Shown here: piece after piece, positions 1 to 14,243 of the stretch | Position numbering within the stretch: position 1 is the first letter of the stretch | How the letters are laid out: each line of letters starts with the position of its first letter | Assembly: GCF_009914755.1 (NCBI RefSeq) | Contig: NC_060925.1 | Source: the human T2T-CHM13v2.0 reference genome, Homo sapiens | Direction: 5' to 3' (one strand) | DNA length: 64,000 nucleotides | Notes under the pieces: model-generated | The model's database searches: none | The model's input: only the letters and a program-made list of their open reading frames with translations | Told to the model about the DNA's origin: nothing | Made by a program: the position numbers and the translations under genes

Positions 1-85
1 ACTGCAGATCTACTGAATCGAGACCCAGGAATCTTGTTTTAATACTTCAGGAGATTCTGATGGTCCACCAGGGCTCGAGAATCAG
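1..85. mobile_element. MER5-like hAT DNA transposon fragment
   Basis: ctactgaatc...cccaggaatct...ttttaa...gattctgat resembles MER5A. Confidence 0.45.
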
Positions 86-939
86 GGGCCTGAGAGAGAG
101 CTTTGCTGTAATTTTTAAGCCCAAGACTCCGGCAGTGTTAGCTGGGCAGAAGGACTGTGTCCTGGAAAAGGAGCACCAGAGTGTCCCAAATAGGCCACCT
201 CTTTTTTGGGGAGTGGGAGTAAACAGGGAAGAGCTGTCTCCCTCTCTCCTCCTTGCAAGCACAAGCAGCCATATATACCACAGAGGAACATTCCAGTAAG
301 AAAGTTCCCCCAAGATGGCTCCACAGAGCTTCTGTTTCCCCTCACCTGTTAATCTGCCTGCCCCAGGACCCCAGGAGCATGTGCTGGGCCCTTCCCCTGA
401 CCCTTATAGGTCCCTGCTCCTCCTTCCCAGCAGCCACCTGTCTGGGCTCTCACAGAGGGTGAGCTGAACACTTTCTTCATGCCCCCTCCACCTCCCTAGT
501 GGGCAATCCCATTTATTGGGCATGTGAGTGAAGCATTTCAAGGCTGGAAGGGGCAAAAAGCTGGGTGCAAAAGGCTGGGAGAAGTCAAGAATCGCAGTGG
601 AACTCCATGGCCCACTGAGGAAGGCAGACTTGCACCTTCTGTGGCCAGTGTCCCCTCACCTGTTGCAGAAAGCATCGGTGAGAAGTTGGTGAATTAGAAA
701 GACAGAACAAGCTTTCCCTAGGTGGCTGGGGACTTCCAGAGTCTCCTCAGTTAGTTGTTTCTGAGACCCAAGTGTGATCTCACAAGCCACAAAGGGGAGG
801 AAGTTGCTCTGTGTGGAAGAGCTGGTACCCCACTCACAAGGATCCCTGCCTTCGAGCAGTGCATGGGGGCTGCCCTCTAGCCAGGCTGGAGGGAAGGAGA
901 CCCCATTACTTTGAAATAATATCAACAAGACCTTAACAT

Positions 940-1110
940 TCAGAAAACACTCACTTTGCATGTATTAACTCATTTAACCCTCAAAACAGAAAAGAAGGTG
1001 TTAGTATCCCCATTTTATAGAGCAGAAAAGCAATTGCTTTGCCTAAGCCTACCTAGCTAAGCATCTGAATGAAGAACTGCAGGATTGGGTCTCAGATCTA
1101 TAATCACTCA
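940..1110 (-). mobile_element. MIR fragment
   Basis: aactcatttaaccctca...tatccccattttataga MIR core. Confidence 0.55.
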
Positions 1111-2264
1111 AGGCATCAGACACACTCTTCTAGGCTTTCTTCAAGGCTTGGAGATGCTGGGGGAATGGGGCAGAGGATATGGTAGGTGGCGGGCTGTCAG
1201 AGAAGAGTCGTCTCACCCTGGTTTCTTCCCCACCGCTCAGAATGGAAAACTTTCTCTTCTAAACTAGTGGCCTGAGGCCAGAAAATCTTCATTCTGTTTA
1301 CACTTTGCCTTGTGGTAGACACTGGGGAGACAGATGGTCTCTCCATAATAGTGTTATTTTTATTTTTAGCACTTTTTGATCTGTAGTGCATTTTAAAGCT
1401 GCTAACTGCACTTGCTTCTGACAATTGGGTAAGGAATATAGGTATAGGGAAGATTTTTTTATTCCCATTTTACAGATAAGAAAACTGAGGCCCAGAACAG
1501 GGTTCGCATCACTAGGTAGTGGCGGAGGGGTGAGAATCTTCTCTCCTAACTAGTATGCACCACAGGCTCTCCTCCCACTGCCCCAGGCAAGCTCATCCTT
1601 GTATCGTTTCACCTTCCTAGAAAGGGGCATCTTGAAGTCATCATGCCCCCATAAGGCTCCTTTGTTATCTCAGGACCACATCAGCCCTAATGGGGGCCTT
1701 GAAAGGGCCTCAGGCTCACTCCTCTACTAACTCTGCTCATAAATTGGCAAAGACTGCTTGATTCTCCCTGCTTCCAACACCCTTCTGGACTACAGGAAGA
1801 GATACAGAGAGCAGGATGGCTTTCAGACACCTAGGTTGAGAACAGAAAGAAGGGAAAAAAGAGAGAGGGGTGTTCCGACATTCACCGGCACAGCGCTAGG
1901 TCAGAAGCAGCCCCATTCTCCACTGCAGGGTAGCTCTGGGTCAAGGCATGGAGGCTTAGGGGTGACCAATTAGACAGGAGATCTGACAAGTAAGAAGAAT
2001 GCCAGTTCAGAGTGCGGCGTAACCCTGCTGCTAGCCCTGCCTAGCCCTGGGAGACAAACCCAACCTCATTCCCAGCCCAACCTCAACCTCTCCATACAAA
2101 GCCAATTAGCCTTAAATAGCTGCTCCTAATGACTTGACCAACCCATCAGGACTTCCACCCAACCCTGCCCTGAGCAGAAACATTCCACCACTCCTGGGTT
2201 TTAACATTAAATTAATGAGAGAGATAGGGAAGGGGGCTATCTCACTTTAAAAATCAAGGAGTCC

Positions 2265-2549
2265 TTGGGGCGCTGTGGCTCATGCCTGTAATCCCAGCAC
2301 TTTGGGAGACTGAGGAGGACAGATCACTTGAGCTCAGGGGTTGGAGACCAGCCTGGGCAACATGGTAAAACCCCATCTCTACAAAAAAGACAAAAATTAG
2401 CCAGCTGTGGTAGCACATGCCTATAGTACTAGCTGCTCAGGACGCTGAGATGGAAGGATCACCTGAGCCCAGGGAGGTTAAGGCTGCAGTGAGCTGTGAT
2501 TGCACTACTGCACTCTAGCCTGGTCAACAAAGGGAGACCCTGTATCACC

Positions 2550-2577
<28 letters not shown>
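2265..2577 (+). mobile_element. Alu (AluJ-like)
   Basis: Dimeric Alu with poly(A) tail; TSD aaaatcaaggagtc. Confidence 0.93.
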
Positions 2578-2580
<3 letters not shown>

Positions 2581-2798
2581 AGGAGTCTCTCTAGAGAATC
2601 TGCTGTTTATAAACAAATAAATGAGTAAGTAAGCCTCTGCCACTTGCAGAGATTTTGCACTTTATAACATGCCTTCAAATGCATGATCTCATTTGATCCT
2701 CACACAGATGAGGAGCCCGGGTTGGAGAGTCAGAGCCAGGAGTCAAGCCCAGATCCACAATAGTTGGAATTGAAATTAGAATTTAAAACTCTCTTAGA

Positions 2799-2947
2799 GG
2801 CTGGGTGCAGTGGCTCACACCTGTAATCTCAGCAATTTGAAAGGCCGAGGTGGGAGGATTGCTTGAGCTTAGGAGTTCAAGACCAGCCTGAGCAATACAG
2901 TGAGACCCCCATCTCATTTTTGTTTAAAGTGAAAAAAGAAAAAAAAA
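2799..2947 (+). mobile_element. FLAM (Alu left monomer)
   Basis: Single monomer with A-rich tail; ctcttag repeated on both flanks. Confidence 0.85.
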
Positions 2948-5116
2948 TTAAGATTCTCTTAGGAAACGTTCTTTAATGTGGAGAGTGAATGTTGGGTTGG
3001 GCAAAGCAATTGCCTTTCTCTTCCGTGAAGCAGCAGCTTTTCCAGAACTGATGGTGGAGAGCAGAACTGCATGCAGTTGGCTGTTGTAGGTGGTCAACAA
3101 ACCTTCACTGATTGAGCAATGAGCAGAGCCCAGTAGAAAGCTGTGGGTGGAGAAGTGCACTTGTGAAAGCATAAGAAAAATTTAAAAACACACACATGGA
3201 CCCATCCTAAGGAATCTTATGATTGGACAGAAGTTTCTAGAAGGCAGGAGCATAGAGTGTGGGTCTGAGGCTTTGTAGGAGGGACTATGACTACCCATGG
3301 AGTCCAGGTACCCTCAGTCTGTCACACAGATTCTGGTTTCAGAGACCTAGGACATCACGGAGCACTGCCAGAGAGAATGGCTGTGCTGTCAGCTGTCAGA
3401 ACTTTTCATCCTGCCTCATGGCAAAGCTCCGGCAGGAAGGGGCATCACCCCATGAGAAAAGCCTTAGAAATGAATGCTATTTCCTTAAGAGAGAAGCATC
3501 CCTGCACTTGGAATGGTTCTGATTCAGCCCTGGGGCTGAGGGAAGGGGAGGAGAGCAGGCTCAGCTTCCCCACATAACTTGCTCCTGGGAGCATTTCCTG
3601 GGGAACCTCCTGTTGGCTCTGGGAGCAGCTTGGCTAGGCCCAGAGGTTTGGAATGTAAACGGGTCAGAGGACTAGTGAAAAGATAAGTTCCCAAAGGGTC
3701 TGGTGCTGCACATGGGGATGAGGAAGGCCTGTGTTTACTGTGGATGAGAAGGCGCGCACAGCCAGCCTGCTGGGTGGAGCTGTGAGTAACCTGCCTGTTC
3801 CTCTCACCCCTGACAATGAAGACCAGGGCTGCCCTGGCACTGAGCCAAGGAAACCCCGCCCCGCCCCGCCCAGCACAGGTCACAGCCACAGTGCCTCACT
3901 GCTTTTGCTGGAAGCCCTGGGCAAATTGGTGCCCAGTCCCTGGCATATGCTTTCGGTGACAAAGGCAATGAAGGGATATAGAAAAACTCCCGCCAGTGCT
4001 GGGAGCCTCCTTGGGACAGGGCTTCTCACAGTATGAAAGATTTCTAGATCATTTCTAGGCTTCTGGGTGATTAGAAAATAAATTTTTTTTTTTAAATCAG
4101 GGTCACAAAAATTGAGGCTTTTAGAAATGTTTGTTTTAGAATACCAATGCTTTAACTACCCCCTTAATTTATATGCAAGATGACTGTTCTGTTTTCCAGA
4201 AAATTACAGAACTTACACAATGTTAATTCATAGTTCACCAATTACAAGTGAAGTGGGGTTCAGCCAACAAGACTCAAGCTTAAAGTTTTGCAATTAATGC
4301 CTTCTCTTTTTAACCCTTGCAATGTATCTCTGACAATGTTATATCCTTAACGGGAGATCAAGCCAAAAACCTAACTGCAAGGTCCTTTGTGATAGGAGGC
4401 CAGGGAAAATGGCCTTCCAGACCTCCTTGGAGAGGCCTGCCTTGGAAGAGACCACCTTAGAGGGAGGTGGAGAAAGACAGTCTCTGCCTTCCTTCCCTTC
4501 CGCCTTCCTTCTTTCCTTCCAATACTCAGTGTACTGCGTATGGGCTCATATACGCACACAGAGGATAAGTGAGTGAGTTTGCTTATGTGCATGGGACCTG
4601 AAGAGGTGTGTGTGTGAGTGTGCAGACTGGATCTGCTGTTAAACAGCATCTTGGCCTTGGCGAGCCACTTCTTCCTTCCAGTCCTCAGTTTTTGCAAATG
4701 GTGGGGTCTGGAGTTGATTGGTGGATTTCAAGCCATTTTTAGCAAAGAAACGTGTCCCCTGCCCCTCAACAAATGAATGCTTCGGCTAAACCTCAATATA
4801 TATAATAGGTTTTTTTAAAGAGAGCTGCTGAGGTTGGCACAGGGATGGGTTGAGGGTACCCCAGGGCCATCTCCTCAGTCTCCTCCCCACAGGGGTATGT
4901 CACAGAAATGAAAGCAGAGTTGGAAAACCACTAGGTTATAGGATCTTTAAGGACCTTTCTGGATTTAACCAGGACGCTAAGGTTCATACATCCTAACATC
5001 CCTCTCATGAAGACACTGATGATTTTCTCATGCTGTGAATGGGAGGACTGAGGGCCAGAGTGGTTAAGGGTCTTCTCTGACAAGCCCCAGGACTCCTGAC
5101 TCGGAGTCCAGTGTGC

Positions 5117-5933
<817 letters not shown>

Positions 5934-6020
5934 TAGTTCTGCCCAACTCTGGCTTCAAAAACATGACAACTAGTTACTGAGGGCCCAAGGATAATGACCT
6001 TATGTGTCTTCTCCCTGCAG

Positions 6021-6036
6021 GTGCATCACCTGGATC
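6021..6036 (+). other. PRELP: PRELP exon 2, 5'UTR portion
   Basis: Acceptor ttctccctgcag|G at 6020/6021; ATG at 6037. Exon 1 was not found in the window, so 1-6020 is taken as intron 1. Confidence 0.9.
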
Positions 6037-7009
6037 ATGAGGTCACCCCTCTGCTGGCTCCTCCCACTTCTCATCTTGGCCTCAGTGGCCCAAGGCCAGC
6101 CAACAAGACGACCAAGACCCGGGACTGGGCCCGGGCGCAGACCCAGGCCCAGGCCCAGGCCCACACCCAGCTTTCCTCAGCCTGATGAACCAGCAGAGCC
6201 AACAGACCTGCCTCCTCCCCTCCCTCCAGGCCCTCCATCTATCTTCCCTGACTGTCCCCGCGAATGCTACTGCCCCCCTGATTTCCCATCTGCCCTCTAC
6301 TGTGATAGCCGCAACCTGCGAAAGGTCCCTGTCATCCCGCCCCGCATCCATTACCTCTATCTCCAGAACAACTTCATCACTGAGCTCCCGGTGGAGTCCT
6401 TCCAGAATGCCACAGGCCTGCGATGGATTAACCTGGACAACAACCGAATCCGCAAGATAGACCAGAGGGTGCTGGAGAAACTGCCCGGCCTGGTGTTCCT
6501 CTACATGGAGAAGAACCAGTTGGAAGAGGTCCCCTCGGCCCTGCCCCGGAACCTGGAGCAGCTGAGGCTGAGCCAGAACCACATCTCCAGAATCCCGCCT
6601 GGTGTCTTCAGCAAGCTGGAGAACCTGCTGCTCCTGGATCTCCAGCACAACAGGCTGAGCGACGGCGTCTTCAAGCCCGACACCTTCCATGGCCTCAAGA
6701 ACCTCATGCAGCTCAACCTGGCCCACAACATCCTGAGAAAGATGCCGCCCAGGGTCCCCACCGCCATTCACCAGCTCTACCTGGACAGTAACAAGATTGA
6801 GACCATCCCTAACGGATACTTCAAGAGCTTTCCCAATCTTGCCTTCATTCGGCTTAACTACAACAAGCTGACAGACAGGGGACTCCCCAAGAACTCCTTT
6901 AATATCTCCAACCTGCTTGTGCTCCACCTGTCCCACAACAGGATCAGCAGTGTGCCCGCCATCAACAACAGGCTGGAACACCTGTACCTCAACAACAATA
7001 GCATCGAGA
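6037..7009 (+). CDS. PRELP: Prolargin (PRELP) coding exon 2, 973 nt: signal peptide, Pro/Arg-rich N-terminus, Cys cluster, LRRs
   Basis: MRSPLCWLLPLLILASVAQG signal peptide; QPTRRPRPGTGPGRRPRPRPRP; class II SLRP motif CX3CXCX9C (CPRECYCPPDFPSALYC); repeated LxxLxLxxN; donor GAG A|gtgagt at 7009/7010 (phase 1). Confidence 0.98.
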
Positions 7010-7134
7010 GTGAGTGGGGTGGGCCGGGGCGGGGCCGAAGGCAAGGAGGTTGGCTTGTGTAGCACTTCCACCCTCTCTAGGGAGACTCAGGGTGGGGTGG
7101 TATAAAAAGCATCCACTTTGGCACTGGACTTCAA

Positions 7135-7295
7135 TTCATGGCCTTGCCACTTGCTATCTGGGTGACCTTGAAAAGATATTTGACCAGTCTGGGAAGTTTC
7201 CTCATCTGTAAAGTGAGAATGGTAATAATATCTTCTATCACAAAGGTGATATGAGGATGTAATAGTTTAATATGGAGAAAGTGCCCAGAATACCA
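7135..7295 (+). mobile_element. MIR fragment
   Basis: tttcctcatctgtaaagtgagaatggtaataat MIR core. Confidence 0.6.
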
Positions 7296-9555
7296 TACTT
7301 GGAGGGTCATAGGTTTTCTTCCTCCATTCTTCCTCAGCCCCAGTTCCTTGGCAACTGGATCTATAGGTAGGGTAGACATGGAATATACTCCTGGACATTC
7401 TGCTAAAAACAGAACAGAGACATTTAAATACCTATCCTGAAATGTCCTGGGTCTGCCCTCTGCAGAAACCTGCCCCTGTGGGAAGATGCTTCTTCCCAAG
7501 CCTGAGCCTGGGTTTTGATTCAGGGTATGCAACTGGTAAAAATGTGGCAGTCAGGAAAAGAAGGTCTGCATGCTGGTGCTTTCTGAATCTATCTGGAAGG
7601 GTGCGATGTTTAGGTGCACTTAAGGAAGAGTTTGCCTAAGTGACATTTACAGGGTTCTGGACTTGGAGTATCAATTGCAGCCCAGGAGAGGAGGCTGGAA
7701 GTTGCAGTTTTGCTTCAATCAAAAATTTCAGCTCGGAGCAGAGCATTAGCAGAAAGGTTTAGAAGTGAAATAATATTTTCTGGTCCTTGAACAAAATCAG
7801 CCTACATTCACAGAAGGGATGCAGCAGCAGAAGGGAAGAGAGGGATTGAGGGAAAAGAGAAGGACCCCTAGAATGATATTTGGGGATCCTTAGGTTCCAA
7901 ACCAAAGAATGAGATGGAGATTGTTGGTGTCTCTACCGACACCAACAATGGGCGAATAGATCGTTCACTCATTTGGGATAATTTCAAGAAGTAGGGGAGG
8001 ATTTTTTTTTTAATCTTACAAAAAAAAAATGGGAAAAGGGGAAGACTGTATAATTTTACCCTGGAGACAGCACACTAAAATAAAACACATTACCCCCAGG
8101 AAGCTATGAGGCCAAAATACAGACAGAAGGGATACCTTGATTAATAAATGGCTGATAGGTCTCTACCAGATTGTGGAAGAACAGGTTGCTGGAGGATATC
8201 CCAACCTTCTAAGGTTGAAGTCAGAGAACTCACACCTCACCCACATGAGCCCACCCCATCCAGCCTGTCTCCTGTGCCTTTTACCCGACAGAATGGGCTG
8301 AGTGGGGCCTAGGTCAGTGGGGTGATTACGTTCTTCACAATGACCGTAATGCTGCCACTGGTACTGTCCTTAAACAGCTTACAAAATGCCTTTGCCAACA
8401 TTCTCTCCCCTGATTACAGGGCAGGCACCACTCTTACCATTTCACAGATTGAAGAACTCAGCATGAGGGTGGCTAGGCCACAGCCCCAAGCTCATAAGAG
8501 AAAACCCCCGTGTCAGGGCCCTTCTGCTACTCCAATGGCAAAGAAGAAAGACGAGGAAAAGGAAGAGGAAGACAATTACAATGAAGATGATGCCTACTCT
8601 TCCTCCTCCTGCTCCTCCATAAATGATAAGTGAGGCAAGGCTTAGGGAGAATAAAACAGTTCATTTAAATGCTGGCATGCCTGGTGCCACAGGCATCCAA
8701 CAAGATGTGATGGAGGAAATGGAATCTCAGGCCATGGACCCTTCAGAATCAGTAGGCTCATCATGTCCCGGGGGTTCCGGAGCTCTCCCCAGATCCTCTT
8801 TCCTCTTCCTGTCATCCTTATTTCAGTTACCATCTTTTGCCCATCCTCATGTCTCACATCCAATTCAAAGGAAAACCTGCAGAGTAATTTTCACATCCAC
8901 CTACTGGCTTCAGATCTCACCTTACTCCATTGCTTCTCCACAGTGTAGCCGGATTATCTTTGTACAGCATAAACCTGAACATAGGGATCTCTAAGGACCC
9001 TTCCAGATTTAACGCTCCAGGATACCATGGTTCAAGTATCCTGTTAATAACATCGCTCTCACAAAGACAGTCCTGTTCACTGCCATTCCTCAGACCAGAG
9101 ATCAAAAGCCTCTTAGTGAAAGCCTAACTACCTTCCCAGCTTACTCTCCTTAGTACATCACATTGCACTATTACTATTCCCAGATTCGCCCACAAGCAGA
9201 ATTTTGGCCTCCACAACTTCATTCAAACAGATTCCTCTATCAGAACACCATCCCCCAGGTCTCCACCTGTTGTAATTCTACCTATTCTTGAAGGCCCAGT
9301 TCAAAATTTACTTCCAATTCTCTAGAGTTAACTTGCAATAACAGTTGTTGATCAATTCCAACTTAATTCATTTTACAAATGAGTAAACTGAGCCTGGAGG
9401 TCAAGGCAGCTCATCTATGATCACACATTCCCAAAGCTAGCCAGTTTCAGAGAGAAGTCTACAGTCCTTGCTCTCGGGTGTCTTCCCCCTTCCCCTTCCT
9501 CATCTTGGCCGCCAGCCTCCACTCCCTTCTGATTTCTCGTCTTCTTTTTCCGTAG

Positions 9556-9731
9556 AAATCAACGGAACCCAGATTTGCCCCAACGACCTAGTGGCGTTCC
9601 ATGACTTCTCCTCGGACCTGGAGAACGTGCCACACCTGCGCTACCTGCGGCTGGATGGAAACTACTTGAAGCCGCCCATCCCGCTGGACCTCATGATGTG
9701 CTTCCGCCTCCTGCAGTCCGTGGTCATCTAG
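9556..9731 (+). CDS. PRELP: PRELP coding exon 3, 176 nt to TAG
   Basis: Acceptor cttctttttccgtag|AA completes a phase-1 Lys codon; reads KINGTQICP...LMMCFRLLQSVVI*; 973+176=1149 nt = 382 aa plus stop. Confidence 0.98.
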
Positions 9732-10784
9732 GCCCTACTCCGCCACCGGATCTGCTCTGACCGCACTTGAAGGCTGGGGCCCAGGCACCTGTGCCGGCCA
9801 TTCGTTTTCTCTCTCTCCCTTTCTTTCTCCCAGCTTTGCCTCCCTTATCCCACCCTCGAGGCAGGGAAAAGCCATCTATTCTTCTGCAGCCTCAGGAGCG
9901 AGACTTCAAGGACTCAGTTTGGTTCCACCCAGTTGAAAGACACCCAGTGCACACCCAAACTCCTGGCCTTCTGTGGTTTCCCTTTGCTCCAGAAACACAG
10001 ATGTGTCTAAAGACTTGGTGTCCCCTTCTCTCTCCTCCCCCACCCGCCACTCCTGGGTACATCTGGGCCGTGGACTATCTGATCTTGGTCCTGGCCGAGC
10101 AAACAGCCCGGAGGTAAGGTTCAGAAAGTCCCCCTGGGGACTCCTCCATCTTCGGCAGCTCTGGCTCAAAGAGGCCGAGAAACCCAGTTCTCCTGGGCCA
10201 AGGATCCCTTCTGGCAAAGCTGCTGCTCCGCCGCTTGGTTCCCCGGCACCAGACATCGCCCTGGCCCTGCTGGCCCGGGTATCGGGAAGGAGGAGCGAGG
10301 GAATGACGGAGGTAGGGTGCAGGGTCAGGGCTCCCGCAGGGGCCTGCATCTGGCCAGCAGGACACAGGGATGCGCAGGGCGCCCCCTTCTGTTCCAGGGT
10401 GAACATAGCACACGCCCTCCTGGCTGGGCCTCAGGAGGAACAGCCAAGGAGAAGAATGGCCCAAGGAACTAGGAAGCAGCCATGGGAGAGGGGAAGGGTT
10501 CAAGCCCGGGATGGGCCCGCGTGACGTCGATGGGTCCTGCGGCCCCCTTGCCCAACCTCGGGTTTAGGGAGGAGGGTTCACAGTGTTTTTGTGGGGGCGG
10601 GGGAAGGAAGAGGCAGCAGCCCCGCCCCCGCCATCTGTTCTCCATCAGTGTGCGCGGCCCAGCCATTTCCACCCTCGGGAGGCGGCTCCTGAGAAACAGG
10701 GAGGAAGGGGCGGAGCACCTGGACGTCTCCCAGAAGCCCCTCCACGTTTGAAAATGCGCCTCCTCCTCGGAGACAGACGCATCG

Positions 10785-10799
10785 GTGCCACCTAGTGGC
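10785..10799 (-). promoter_or_regulatory. Candidate CTCF binding site
   Basis: The minus strand reads GCCACTAGGTGGCAC, matching the CTCF core CCASYAGRKGGCRS, inside a CpG-rich segment. Confidence 0.65.
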
Positions 10800-11086
10800 T
10801 GGTGGGAGTAACAGCTGGTCCCAGTCTTGCGCCTGGCCCTCTTCCTGGGGTGATTTTCCTCGGTGGAGGAGGCCCGTGGGGTCCCAACACGGAAGAGCCA
10901 TGGGCCGTGTGCATGGTGTCGCTCTCCTCTAGGGTCTAGCGGGCACAAACGTCCCCAGGCTGGGCTCATTCCCATCGTGAGTGAGCCCAGGTGAGGACAT
11001 AGTCGGCTCCCGTTTGTTGTAGGCCCTTCCCAGGTGCCTTCTCAGCTCCCTCATCTGTAAACCGAGGAGGTGGATAAGATGCTCCC

Positions 11087-11416
<330 letters not shown>

Positions 11417-12447
11417 TCATGTTCCGAGTCTGCAGCTCCACACTTTAAATCATACTCGAATGCAGGACAAGTCCTAAATATTTGCCCCTTCCCTTGCAGT
11501 AATTTATTTTCTGTATGGACTGTCCCTCCCCCAGAGGCTTCCCCACCCTCCATTGCCTGGCCCAGGTGAGCAGCTTGGCAGGTCTCCAAGTGGAACCCGG
11601 TCCAGACAGGGCTGCCTCGACTTCACCTTTCCCCCTAACTTCCTCCAAGGGATGCTGCCCCTTCTCAGCCCCCTGCGTGTGTATATTGGTGGGAGGCATA
11701 GAGGATGGATGTTCTAGAAATGAGTAAGACACAGTGCCCACCCCCAAGTTAGGATGAAAAAAGTTCCAGAGGTTTTTAAGAAATTGGATTAAGCTGGGTC
11801 CCTAACTTCAAGAAATTCCCATTATGCTCCTTCTCACCTTTCTTTTTTGCTAATTATGGAAAATAGGGCCCATTTCATCATAGCCTCCTTCCCCCGTGCT
11901 CCACTACAATCGCCGCATTCTTTCTAGCTGCAGCTGGTTTCTTCAAGGCTCCTGCTTAAAGTCCACACGTTATTATGGCCGAAAGCAACCTGGTGCTTCG
12001 GCCTGGATAAGAGCCCCTTCTGCATCTTATTCACAGCTTGCAGCCTCAGCCCCTTTGATGAGGCCCTCAGGGGAGAGGTCATTACCTTGATCCTGCAAAC
12101 CCAGACTCGTTGAGCAGCAACGCAATCACCACCATCCCACTGCCCAATCTAGAATATGTCTGCTCTCCTTTGCTCTCTGCAGCTGTAAGCCAGAGGGGAT
12201 TCAAGGTAAATAGGCTTTACAGGCTCCCCTCCTCCAAACACACACAGAATGGGCTGGTTTCTTTCAAGTTTAAAAAAAGCCCCCTTCTCCATGCACAAGT
12301 TCATTCCCTCCATGCTGTCGTCATCGACATATACAGGTGTGTACGTAGGTGTATGTGTGTACTCTGCACGTATATCTCTTCTGTCTTGAAGACCCTGTTA
12401 ACTTTGTGAAATAACTTCCACATTTCAACACACTTCACAGTACAGGA

Positions 12448-12453
12448 AATAAA
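12448..12453 (+). terminator. Candidate proximal PRELP poly(A) signal
   Basis: AATAAA in unique sequence (caggaAATAAAgtaat); the downstream GU-rich element is weak. Confidence 0.45.
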
Positions 12454-12520
12454 GTAATATGAAAAACACCCTGCGTGAACTCAACGGTGTGAACAGGTCA
12501 AGAATAACACTTCAAAGTCA

Positions 12521-12858
<338 letters not shown>

Positions 12859-12974
12859 CTACAATTGAGCCACCATGCCCAGCCCCAAAGCCTCTTAATT
12901 GCTCTAACAAGATGAGTGGGTAAAAGATTATACTCTTAAGAAATTCCTACGAAAGCTATCCAAAAGCCTTTTCT

Positions 12975-13118
12975 TTCCTCTTTTCTTATTATTTTTAAAT
13001 AGAGGCAGGGTCTCATTATGTTGCCCAGGCTGGTCTGGAACTCCTGGCCTCAAGTGATCCTCCCACCTTGGCCTCCCCAGAGTGCTGGGATTACACACGT
13101 GAGTCAACATGCCCAGCC
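12975..13118 (-). mobile_element. FLAM_C-like Alu monomer, antisense
   Basis: Reverse-complement left monomer; aaagccttttctt repeated on both flanks. Confidence 0.88.
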
Positions 13119-13832
13119 CCAAAGCCTTTTCTTGAAGAATTTCTCGCAAACTCACAACCCTCATGAAAAATTAATCCTCAGTTCCACGAGACTGCCCACC
13201 CACAGACAAAAAAATATATATATTCCTAAAGTCGGACCAGAAATCTGACAGCTGCCTTTGAAACCCAAAGCCTCGGGTTCTTTCAAGCTACATGTACTAA
13301 ATTGTCGAAGGTCTCCCAGGAGCTCTGTACTGAGGCAGACACAGAAAGACACAAAACGGTCGTCTTTCCTGCCCAAGTAAAGCTTACAGACTAACTGGGG
13401 AGATGTAGTGTGCATACAAAACAGTAAAAGAGCCATCTCAAGAACAGAGAGCATAGACCAAGTCATCTGGAATGGTCTACATGCCATGCGGAAGTCCACC
13501 GAAGGGTTAGAACAGGGTGTCCCAGACTCTCTCTTCTGAGGGAAGGTTGGTTGCAAAAGTGGGATTCATGACCCTCCCAGGCTACACCATCTTCTTTAGA
13601 ATGAGAACTGCCAGGTGACGCCCTCGCTGCTCCTACCTGGCTACTAAACATCGACTTCGGTTCACTTCACGGATGTTCAGTGGATATCGGTCACATGCCA
13701 GGTCCCCAGCTACGCATTCAAGGATGGATAATATACATAGCAGCACATCCTTGAGGAACTCATACCTTGGTAAAGGGAAAGAAATCCATGAATGGATACC
13801 TCTGTGTCCTAAGTGTTTGTAATAATGCTGTG

Positions 13833-14243
13833 TGTCAGGCCTCTGAGCCCAAGCTAAGCCATCATATCCCCTGTGACCTGCATGTGCACATCCAGACGGC
13901 TGGTTCCTACCTTAACTGATGATATTCCACCACAAAAGAAGTGAAAATGGCTGGTCCCTGCCTTAACTGATGACATTACCTTGTGAAATTCCTTCTCCTG
14001 GCTCATCCTGGCTCAAAAGCTCCCCCACTGAACACCTTGCAACCCCCACCCCTGGCCACCAGAGAACAACCCCCTTTGACTGTAATTTTCCATTACCTAC
14101 CCACATCTTATAAAACGGCCCCATCCCTATCTCCCTTCGCTGACTCTTTTCGGACTCAGCCCGCCTGCACCCAGGTGAAATAAACAGCCTTGTTGCTCAC
14201 ACAAAGCCTGTTTGGTGGTCGCTTCACACAGACACGAGTGAAA
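13833..14243 (+). mobile_element. Solo HERV-H LTR (LTR7 family)
   Basis: Starts TGTCAGGCCTCTGAGCCCAAGCTAAGCC; two cttaactgatga U3 repeats; TATAAAA at 14109-14115; AATAAA at 14179-14184; ends ...GAGTGAAA with no internal HERV-H sequence after it. CTGTG occurs on both sides (13828-13832 and 14247-14251, 3 nt offset). Confidence 0.93.

Noticed and set aside
4210-4345. ACAAT motifs as a paired SOX9 enhancer in PRELP intron 1
   Set aside because: The spacing does not fit the usual inverted SOX9 dimer site, and such motifs are common in AT-rich DNA.
6004-7062. The 352-aa ORF as the complete PRELP protein
   Set aside because: It starts at a GTG in the intron and runs past the 7010 donor; the real CDS starts at 6037 and splices to 9556.
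6082-7071. 329-aa antisense ORF
   Set aside because: Mirror of the codon-biased PRELP exon, with no independent gene features.
8540-8620. Acidic KKKDEEKEEED stretch suggesting a processed pseudogene
   Set aside because: Short purine-rich low-complexity tract with no extended homology, poly(A) tail or TSD that I could recognise.
9767-10975. Several 100-180 aa ORFs on both strands
   Set aside because: GC-rich 3'UTR sequence has few stop codons; no recognisable domain or splice structure.
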